DNA of 64,000 nt from a bacterium (GTDB taxonomy: Bacteria > Patescibacteriota > CPR2 > UBA1875 > JAJYID01): assembly GCA_021787535.1 (NCBI GenBank), contig JAJYLR010000001.1, forward strand, positions 301,501 through 365,500, in the 5' to 3' direction. Positions within the stretch are counted from its first letter, which is position 1, and each line of letters opens with the position of its first letter. Under the pieces are notes generated by a model. That model was not told the DNA's origin. It was given only the letters and a program-made list of their open reading frames with translations, and made no database searches. This document shows positions 38,400 through 45,936 of this stretch, in pieces. A program made the position numbers and the translations under genes.

Positions 38400-38419
38400 T
38401 TGAAATTTTAAAAGTTCTA

Positions 38420-38446
38420 AAAATGCCCGCATTGACGGGCATTTTT
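38420..38446. terminator. bidirectional terminator aaaatgcccg-cattga-cgggcattttt
   Basis: Hairpin flanked by A and T runs. Confidence 0.65.
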
Positions 38447-38457
38447 CTTTGGTTGAT

Positions 38458-38886
38458 TTAAAATTCAGCTTCGGCCTCTTGAGGTTGAAGCTTGAAATAT
38501 TCAAGGACTTTTGGCGGCCAGAGGGATACGCCTTTTGCTGAACAGATTGAAGGGACTGCCGATCGTTCAACATATTTCACATCAGTTAAGTCATCGCCAT
38601 ATTTCAAGTCATGAGTCAGCGGTTCGCATAGGTACCATTTAGCAATTGTTTTAGTTTCAGCCACATGCACTTTGCCTAAAAATTCTTTTACTCTGATTTT
38701 AATACCTGCCTCCTCCCAAATTTCTCTTGTGAGGCCTTCTACATCAGATTCACAACCTTTAAGACTGCCGCCCGGAATATGCCAAGCTTCGCTCAAAGGA
38801 TGGCCTAAGGTCTTCTCTTTCTTGCCGACCAGAACTTTTCCTTCATGCTCGACTAATGCGACTATGGCCTGGTTTAGTTTGCCCAT
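38458..38886 (-). CDS. NUDIX hydrolase
   Basis: Nudix box GGSLKGCESDVEGLTREIWEEAGI. Confidence 0.85.
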   Translation of the reverse strand: MGKLNQAIVALVEHEGKVLVGKKEKTLGHPLSEAWHIPGGSLKGCESDVEGLTREIWEEAGIKIRVKEFLGKVHVAETKTIAKWYLCEPLTHDLKYGDDLTDVKYVERSAVPSICSAKGVSLWPPKVLEYFKLQPQEAEAEF

Positions 38887-39015
38887 TTCAAATCTCCTTA
38901 AATATTATTATAACAGCGATTGACCGGGAATAATAAAAAAAGTATAATTATTTGTGCCTGGATAGGCACATTTTTTAGTATTAACAGTCATTACGGACTT
39001 GATTTGAAGCCTTTA

Positions 39016-39064
39016 GATTCCTGTTTTCGCAGGAATGACAGTAAAGGTTATAGGAATGACAAGG
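39016..39064 (+). repeat. palindromic hairpin repeat (ATTCCTG/CAGGAAT) plus a half-copy, just upstream of ileS
   Basis: gattcctgttttcgcaggaatgacag...aggaatgacaagg. Confidence 0.5.
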
Positions 39065-39070
39065 AATTGA

Positions 39071-42000
39071 ATGAAAAAGTTTGAGAAAGTAGATCCGAAA
39101 CCCGACTTTCCGAAAATTGATGAGGAGGTTCTTTCGTTTTGGAAAGATGAGAAGGTGTTTGAGCATACGCAGAAAAGGGATTCCTCGGCTCGTCGCTCCG
39201 CGAAGTCGCTCGGAATGACAGAGGGGAAGGATTCCGGACTGAGCCAGAATGACTCCACTTCGCTAAAGCTTCGCGAGGCAGGCAAAGGGGGTGAGAAGAA
39301 TTTTATTTTCTTTGAAGGGCCGCCGACGGCAAACGGCAGGCCTGGTGTTCATCATGTCCTTTCCCGTGTCTTTAAGGACATTATTCTCCGTTATAAAACT
39401 ATGCAGGGTTATCACATTGACAGAAAAGGCGGCTGGGATACTCACGGGCTTCCGGTTGAGCTTGAGGTGGAGAAAAATCTCGGCATTTCAGGAAAGCCGG
39501 ATATTGAAAAGTATGGCGTTGAGAAATTCAACAAAAAATGCCGCGAAAGCGTCTTTAAGTACGTCAAAGAGTGGGAGGAACTGACGAAAAAAATCGGTTT
39601 CTGGGTCGATACCAAAGATCCTTATGTCACCTACGATTCGAGCTATATCCAGTCGCTTTGGTGGGTGCTCGGCGAGGCCTGGAAGAAAGATTTGCTATAT
39701 GAAGGATACAAGGTTGTGCCATACTGTCCTCGATGCGGAACTGCTCTCTCGTCACACGAAGTTTCTCAGGGTTACAAAGATATTACAGAAAACACGGTTT
39801 ACGTTAAGTTTCCGGTCGAAGGCGAAAAAGACACATATTTTCTTGCTTGGACGACTACACCATGGACTTTGCCGGGAAACTCAGGACTTGCTTTTGGACC
39901 GAACATTAAATACGTAAAAGCCGAGTCGGAAGGCGAAAAATATATTCTAGCCAAGGATCGGCTGGAAAAGGTATTTGAAGGCAAGAAATATAAAATTCTT
40001 GGGGAGTTTTATGGCAAAGAAATCGTTGAGAGCATTTTCAATGGGCCGACGGAAGGCACGAAGCATTACAAACCCCTTTTCGCCGATGGTGCAAAGTTTA
40101 AAAAAGAAAAAGATACGGAAGAATATACAGTCATTATGGGTGACTTTGTTTCGACCGAAGATGGCACGGGTATCGTCCATATCGCGCCGGCATTTGGTGA
40201 AGATGACTATGAAGTAGGCAGAATACAAAATGGTTTATCTGTACTTATGACAGTTGATGAACAGGGCAATATGCTGACTGAAGTCGGAAAAGGGAAGTTT
40301 GCCAAAGATGCCGACTCACTCATTGTTTCAGATTTAAAAAAGCGGGGACTGATATTCAAAGAAGAAGAGTATACACACTCGTATCCGTACTGCTGGCGTT
40401 GCGGCACTCCCCTCCTTTATTACGCGCGGGACACTTGGTATATCAGAATGTCATCGCTTCGAAAGGAACTGGTTAAAAATAATGAAGAAGTACACTGGTA
40501 TCCGTCTCATATGAAAAATGGCCGTTTCGGCGAATGGATTCGAGAAGCCAAGGATTGGGCGCTGTCCAGGGAAAGATATTGGGGCACGCCGCTGCCGATC
40601 TGGAAATGTGATAAGTGTGGTAAAAAAGAATTAATTTCTTCGTATGAAGAGTTGGGTGATAAAACCGGTAAAAAGATTCCGGACGACTTTGATCCGCATA
40701 GGCCGTATATTGACGATTACACATGGAAGTGCGATTGCGGAAGTGAATTCAAGCGCTACACTCATGTCATAGACTGCTGGTTTGACTCCGGCGCCATGCC
40801 GTATGCGCAGTGGGGCTATCCTTCCGCCGCCGGCAGTGAGGAGGGATTTAAAACACACTTCCCCGCTGACTACATCTGCGAGGCGGTAGATCAGACGCGC
40901 GGCTGGTTCTACACATTGCTCGCTATTTCTACATTTCTTGGCAAGGGTCCGGCTTATAAACACGTAATTAGCTTGGGCCATATATTAGATGAAAAGGGTG
41001 AGAAGATGTCTAAGTCCAAAGGAAATGTGGTAAATCCTTGGGACGTTCTCTCGGCGCATGGTGCCGATGCGCTCAGATGGTATATGTATAGCGCGACCAT
41101 GCCGGGAAACCCGCGCAACTTCTCTGTCAAACTGGTCGGCGAAGCCAAAAGATTTCTGGTGACTTACTGGAATGTGTACAGCTTCTTTGTGACATATGCG
41201 AATGTTGATAATTACGTACCAAGCAGAAAACATGCAAATTCAGAAAACATTCTCGACAAATGGATCTTATCGCGCAAAAACAAATTGGTTGAGTCTGTGA
41301 CCAAGCATCTCGAAAGATATAATATTTATAAAGCTACCCAAGAAATCGAGCAGTTCATTGATGACCTCTCGAACTGGTATGTGAGACGTTCGAGGAGAAG
41401 ATTTTGGAAAAGCGAAAATGACACCGACAAAACCGCGGCATACGATACACTGTATGAAGTTCTTGTGGGCTACACAAAGGTTCTGGCGCCTTTTATGCCA
41501 TTTGTGACGGAAACCGTTTATCAAAATCTGGCGGGTGGCGGAAGTGTTCATTTGTCCGAATGGCCGAAGTTTGAGAAAGGTACAATTGATGAAAAAATAG
41601 AAACAGCGATGCAAAGTGCCAGAAGTATCGTCGAGGCGGGTCTGGCAGACAGAAACGAAAATGGCATTAAAGTGCGGCAGCCACTTATGTCTTTAAGCTA
41701 CGGTGGAACGAAGCTAGACGCGGCATTGGAGCAGATTATTGCTGAAGAAGTGAATGTCAAAGAAGTGACATTTAACGCTAAACTAAAAACGACCATTGCT
41801 TTAAATACGGAAATTACTGAAGAGTTAAAAGTAGAAGGTCTGGCGCGGGAGATTGTCAGAAAAGTTCAGGCGATGAGGAAAAAAGCTGGATTTAACGTGG
41901 AAGACAGAATCCATTTGTATTGGAGTACGGCTGATAAAGCAATTCAATCTGTATTTGAAAAGGAAAACGGCTATATCGCCAAAGAAACACTTGCCGAAAA

Positions 42001-42094
42001 GGTTACGGTTGGAGATATAGAAAAAGCGGAATATAGTGAAAAAGCGAGGATTGAGGGAGCGGAAATAGAGTTGGGAGTACAAAAAATTAAGTAG
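39071..42094 (+). CDS. ileS: isoleucyl-tRNA synthetase (type 2)
   Basis: PPTANGRPGVHHVLSR (HIGH region), KMSKS, editing domain, Zn-binding CxxC pairs. Confidence 0.95.
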   Translation: MKKFEKVDPKPDFPKIDEEVLSFWKDEKVFEHTQKRDSSARRSAKSLGMTEGKDSGLSQNDSTSLKLREAGKGGEKNFIFFEGPPTANGRPGVHHVLSRVFKDIILRYKTMQGYHIDRKGGWDTHGLPVELEVEKNLGISGKPDIEKYGVEKFNKKCRESVFKYVKEWEELTKKIGFWVDTKDPYVTYDSSYIQSLWWVLGEAWKKDLLYEGYKVVPYCPRCGTALSSHEVSQGYKDITENTVYVKFPVEGEKDTYFLAWTTTPWTLPGNSGLAFGPNIKYVKAESEGEKYILAKDRLEKVFEGKKYKILGEFYGKEIVESIFNGPTEGTKHYKPLFADGAKFKKEKDTEEYTVIMGDFVSTEDGTGIVHIAPAFGEDDYEVGRIQNGLSVLMTVDEQGNMLTEVGKGKFAKDADSLIVSDLKKRGLIFKEEEYTHSYPYCWRCGTPLLYYARDTWYIRMSSLRKELVKNNEEVHWYPSHMKNGRFGEWIREAKDWALSRERYWGTPLPIWKCDKCGKKELISSYEELGDKTGKKIPDDFDPHRPYIDDYTWKCDCGSEFKRYTHVIDCWFDSGAMPYAQWGYPSAAGSEEGFKTHFPADYICEAVDQTRGWFYTLLAISTFLGKGPAYKHVISLGHILDEKGEKMSKSKGNVVNPWDVLSAHGADALRWYMYSATMPGNPRNFSVKLVGEAKRFLVTYWNVYSFFVTYANVDNYVPSRKHANSENILDKWILSRKNKLVESVTKHLERYNIYKATQEIEQFIDDLSNWYVRRSRRRFWKSENDTDKTAAYDTLYEVLVGYTKVLAPFMPFVTETVYQNLAGGGSVHLSEWPKFEKGTIDEKIETAMQSARSIVEAGLADRNENGIKVRQPLMSLSYGGTKLDAALEQIIAEEVNVKEVTFNAKLKTTIALNTEITEELKVEGLAREIVRKVQAMRKKAGFNVEDRIHLYWSTADKAIQSVFEKENGYIAKETLAEKVTVGDIEKAEYSEKARIEGAEIELGVQKIK
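39179..39286 (+). repeat. 36-codon in-frame insertion in ileS built from degenerate hairpin-repeat copies
   Basis: gattcc...ggaatgacag and ggattccggactgagccagaatgact; falls between QKR and GGEKNFIFFEGPP, where other type-2 IleS are contiguous. Confidence 0.5.
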
Positions 42095-42106
42095 GAGCAC
42101 AAGTGC

Positions 42107-42176
42107 TGTCATTCCCGCGAAGGCGGGAATCCAGACTTAATATTTTATAGATTCCCGCCTTCGCGGGAATGACAAG
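42107..42176. repeat. 70-bp MITE-like element: 26-bp perfect inverted repeats (tgtcattcccgcgaaggcgggaatcc) around an 18-bp spacer
   Basis: Between the ileS stop and the ftsW/rodA start. Confidence 0.6.
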
Positions 42177-42178
42177 AG

Positions 42179-43288
42179 GTGGCAGGTTTGTTTTTTAACT
42201 TACGAAATTTAAAAAACTTTGACTGGTTTATCATTGTAATCAGCATACTTCTTTTTGCTATCGGTCTTGCAATTATATATTCCACGACATTCGGTGTGGT
42301 TGGCGGGGGTAGAGAAGCTTGGCAGCAGGCAATTTTCGGACTAGTTGGGTTGGTCTTTTTCTTTTTAGTTGCTTTTTTCGATTATCGAACTATGTTTAAC
42401 TGGAGCAGTATTTTATATGTGATTTTAATCGTTACATTGGTTGCCGTACACTTTCTAGGCAAAAACTCCATGGGTGCAACCCGATGGATTACTATAGCCG
42501 GTTTCCAGTTCCAGCCGTCTGAGTTTGTGAAGCTTCTTATTATTATTGTGATGGCAAAATATTTCAGCAATTTTGCCGAAGAAATGCATAAGCTGAAGCC
42601 AATTATCAGATCGGGAATATACTTTGCCATACCGACGTTTCTCGTTCTAATACAGCCGGATTTGGGAACGGCCCTGGTTTTTATAGTAATATGGATAGCA
42701 ATGCTTGCGGTCAGCAGAATACGCCTGAAACATATTATCATTCTAGCTGCCGCTGCACTGCTTTTAGTCCCGGTGGGATGGATGACCATGCATGATTATC
42801 AGAAGCAGAGGATCATGGCTCTCGTGAATCCGTCAAGCGATCCAAAAGGCGCCGGGTACAATGTGACGCAGGCGCAGATTGCTATCGGTTCAGGGCAGCT
42901 TTTTGGCAGAGGATTGGGCCATGGTCCGCAGTCGCAGCTCAACTTTATACCGGAGAAAAATACCGACTTTATTTTTGCCGCTCTGGCTGAAGAAATGGGA
43001 TTTGTTGGGGTTTTTGTTGTACTTGCGCTTTTTGCCGTTCTAATCTTTCGCGGTATTTTGATATCTGCCAAGTCGAGGGACTATTTCGGCATGTATCTGT
43101 CGACGGGAATAGTGGCGATGCTTGCCTTTCATGTATTTTTGAATATCGGGATGAATCTGGGAATTGCTCCGGTAGCCGGAATACCGCTCCCCCTCATCAG
43201 TCTCGGCGGCTCATCAGTAATTGTAGTTTTAGTTTCTCTTGGGATTCTCGAAAGCATTCATATTCATCATAAGAAGATAGATTTTTAG
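42179..43288 (+). CDS. ftsW: SEDS family peptidoglycan glycosyltransferase (FtsW/RodA)
   Basis: Ten-TM SEDS topology with conserved periplasmic loop motifs; probable GTG start. Confidence 0.85.
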   Translation: MAGLFFNLRNLKNFDWFIIVISILLFAIGLAIIYSTTFGVVGGGREAWQQAIFGLVGLVFFFLVAFFDYRTMFNWSSILYVILIVTLVAVHFLGKNSMGATRWITIAGFQFQPSEFVKLLIIIVMAKYFSNFAEEMHKLKPIIRSGIYFAIPTFLVLIQPDLGTALVFIVIWIAMLAVSRIRLKHIIILAAAALLLVPVGWMTMHDYQKQRIMALVNPSSDPKGAGYNVTQAQIAIGSGQLFGRGLGHGPQSQLNFIPEKNTDFIFAALAEEMGFVGVFVVLALFAVLIFRGILISAKSRDYFGMYLSTGIVAMLAFHVFLNIGMNLGIAPVAGIPLPLISLGGSSVIVVLVSLGILESIHIHHKKIDF

Positions 43289-43379
43289 TTTCCCTATAGC
43301 ATAAAAGCATTGACAAAAACAGGATATTATGTTACCCTCTATTTCGTAAAAGTTCCTCTAGAGTCGATAAGGAGATCTA

Positions 43380-43562
43380 GTGAATACTGTACTGAATATG
43401 GTCTTTCTCATCCTGTTCTTTGTTGCAATCGTGGGGTTGTCCTTTCTAGTGAACAGCCTGATCAACTGGATCTGGCCCTACAACTGGCTGATCGCACGGC
43501 CGAAGGTGCCCAAGAATCAGTTACAGCTTTTTGGCACCTGGCAGTATCGCGGGCGCAGATAA
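43380..43562 (+). CDS. small membrane protein (60 aa), GTG start
   Basis: RBS aaggag 6 nt upstream; one TM helix. Confidence 0.4.
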   Translation: MNTVLNMVFLILFFVAIVGLSFLVNSLINWIWPYNWLIARPKVPKNQLQLFGTWQYRGRR

Positions 43563-43695
43563 AGTAGCAGCTGTAAACCAGGAATGTATCACCGGTCAGG
43601 CGGGCGTTTCCGCCCGCCTGACCAAAACCCAAGCAGAGTAATTCGAATTCAAAGATTATAGTCAAAGAAAAGCTCTGCTTTTTCATTTGATTTTA

Positions 43696-43724
43696 TTGAC
43701 TATCTCGAGAAAATTTAGTATAAT
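43696..43724 (+). promoter_or_regulatory. sigma70 promoter TTGACT-17-TATAAT upstream of rplU
   Basis: Near-consensus boxes. Confidence 0.45.
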
Positions 43725-43750
43725 TTTTTAGTGTTTAAAGATATTAATCT

Positions 43751-43779
43751 GGATTCTGGGCAAGCCAGAATGACGAAAG
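43751..43779 (+). repeat. palindromic hairpin repeat immediately upstream of rplU
   Basis: ggattctgggcaagccagaatgacgaaag. Confidence 0.5.
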
Positions 43780-43782
43780 AAA

Positions 43783-44121
43783 ATGACGGAAAAAACTAAA
43801 GTTAATAAATTTGCAGTGATTAAAACCGGCGGAAAACAATATAAAGTTTCCGAAGGCGATACATTATTGGTTGAAAAACTTGATGTCGAGGAAGGTAAGA
43901 CGTTGGATATCAAAGATGTCCTTTTGGTGGCGGATGGCGATAAAGTTGAGGTGGGTAAGCCGATCGTCGAGAGCGGAAGTGTCAGGGTGAAGGTTTTATC
44001 TCAGGAAAAGGATGATAAGATTGTTGTTCTAAAATACAAGAAAAGAAAAAACTACCGCAAAAAGACCGGTCACAGGCAGAAACTCACAAAACTGCAGGTA
44101 GAAAAAATAAGCGTAAAATAG
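43783..44121 (+). CDS. rplU: 50S ribosomal protein L21
   Basis: FAVIKTGGKQYKV signature. Confidence 0.9.
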   Translation: MTEKTKVNKFAVIKTGGKQYKVSEGDTLLVEKLDVEEGKTLDIKDVLLVADGDKVEVGKPIVESGSVRVKVLSQEKDDKIVVLKYKKRKNYRKKTGHRQKLTKLQVEKISVK

Positions 44122-44180
44122 TGTTAACTGCTCGATCCCGGATATTAAAAAACTATTCCCAACATTTTCTCATTACTAAT

Positions 44181-44214
44181 AAAAACTCTCCAAGATAAGG
44201 GAGTTTTATTTTTA
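44181..44214 (+). terminator. rho-independent terminator after rplU
   Basis: aaaactctcc...gggagtttt plus T-run. Confidence 0.65.
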
Positions 44215-44354
44215 GTCCAAAAAATTACATCGCTATTCTAAATCAGTCTGGTAGACTAACAGTTGCTTTACTAATGTAGTTTAGTAAAGCACTCAAAATA
44301 GTCGCATGAGAATCGGATTTATGGTAAACTGAACTTGAAATAAAGGAGTTAGTT

Positions 44355-45245
44355 ATGGGGATAGAAATGCCGGACAAAATGGAAGTGCCCTCGAGCGACC
44401 CGACAAGCGCTCGGGCAATGTTTAACCTAGGGCGGCAGCAGCAAGAAAAACTGGAGCAAACTAGGACAAGAGATTATTCAGCTGAAGAGATTAGCCAAAT
44501 TAAGCAATTTCTTGCGGATCATGAAGAACTGACAGATAAGCTAGTCGGTTTTTATGGCGATAAAACCATGAAACTAGCTCTTGACTGTCCAACAATGGGC
44601 AACCGAGAATATAGCGATTATGTCAAAGATCAGGAAGCAAAAAATGATCCCCAAGTTTCTAAATTTTCAGAAAGTTACCGAAGAGGACTCATTCTTTTAG
44701 CTGATTCTCCCGAGACCAAAATTCTAGGCGAAGATATTTCTCTTCTTATGGCCTCAAAATATGATCGCTATAAAAACGGGACAGATCTTGTAGGTGTAGC
44801 TAGACAGCAAGATGTGGCGACAGGGAGATCCGAGGAAATAAACTTTGGGCTTAACACTACGCGAGAGCTTTATAAACTATCCGCAAACAATGATGACAGA
44901 GTTGAATATTTGCCATCATTTGTTTTGGCTGCCAGAAGAAAGCCGCATTCTTCAGGTATTGCCACAAACGCCGTTGTAGATTTGCCTCTTCGCCTTGAGG
45001 CCGATGTAATTCTTTTGGCCTCGGAATTAATTGAAGGAAAGGATATAGCAGAAACTGATAAATTTGCCGAATTGCAAAGGGAGCTTAAAGGAAGATTTAT
45101 GGCAAATCTCGAGCGAACCATGGAACGCCTTGATGGGGCGCTGGAAGATCGGGGAGTGGGAGAGACGGTTCACTCATTTTATCAAGCAAAAAAAGAAGCC
45201 ATCACGAAAATAGAGTCGGCGATTGAACCGGTAAGGCTTTCATAA
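44355..45245 (+). CDS. hypothetical protein (296 aa)
   Basis: RBS aaaggag; no motif that I recognise. Confidence 0.5.
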   Translation: MGIEMPDKMEVPSSDPTSARAMFNLGRQQQEKLEQTRTRDYSAEEISQIKQFLADHEELTDKLVGFYGDKTMKLALDCPTMGNREYSDYVKDQEAKNDPQVSKFSESYRRGLILLADSPETKILGEDISLLMASKYDRYKNGTDLVGVARQQDVATGRSEEINFGLNTTRELYKLSANNDDRVEYLPSFVLAARRKPHSSGIATNAVVDLPLRLEADVILLASELIEGKDIAETDKFAELQRELKGRFMANLERTMERLDGALEDRGVGETVHSFYQAKKEAITKIESAIEPVRLS

Positions 45246-45306
45246 ATTCCATTTCAAAATCCGGCAGTTGCCAGATAGGAGGTTTTCAACTTCACAGTAA
45301 AAACTC

Positions 45307-45335
45307 TTGACTAACATAATAATTTTTGTTATAAT
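45307..45335 (+). promoter_or_regulatory. sigma70 promoter TTGACT-17-TATAAT
   Basis: Near-consensus boxes at the start of the GC-richer island. Confidence 0.45.
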
Positions 45336-45359
45336 ATTAATCATTAGGATTAACTTTTT

Positions 45360-45600
45360 GTACATCTAGCTGATGTGCGAGAGTGATCCTAATGTTCTTA
45401 AAAAATGCGACTGGCGTTGAAAGGAGGATACGATCTTCATGAAGCGACTTTGCTCCTGACACTTTGACATGCGGAAATTAATCGGCGTTGTGTCAGGAGG
45501 ATAATTGCCCTTATTAAGGACACGAAGGAGAGATCATGAAGCGAAGTATCTAGGGTGCATCCTTTTTTTTCTGGGATGTGCCCGAAAAAACTTTTTTTAG
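45360..45600 (+). promoter_or_regulatory. leader region with two tiny ORFs (MKRLCS*, MKRSI*), each behind a strong RBS, plus an attenuator-like hairpin
   Basis: aaggaggatacgatcttcATG...TGA at 45439-45459 and gaaggagagatcATG...TAG at 45536-45553; ctcctgacac pairs with gtgtcaggag; gggtgcatcc-T8-ctgggatgtgccc hairpin. Confidence 0.4.
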
Positions 45601-45936
45601 CGCTTTTTATAGCCGCTTAGACGGCTAGCCGCAAGAGGCGGAATCGTGGCAATTTTATCACGCCTCTTCGACAAACCTATGGAGGAGAGGAACCCTCCCG
45701 AACCATTGGGAGGGTTCCCCCTCAAAAGTTTGTGAGAGATTGAGGAAATAGTTTTTATTTCCTCAGGCCTTCGCCACAAGGCATCAGGGAGCATATCGCA
45801 TGCTCCCTTTCTTATTGATAAAATCCTTGCTATTTTTTATGTTTTGTTATATAATTACCACCACGAAATCAAGGTAACCTCTGGGCTTACCTATTTTGTA
45901 CCTATTCATTCAATTACCTTGAAGGAGGTGAGATCT

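Noticed and set aside
45597-45794. ORF 45597-45794 (-) of 65 aa
   Set aside because: It runs antisense through a hairpin-dense leader, with no RBS. It is more likely a structural artefact.
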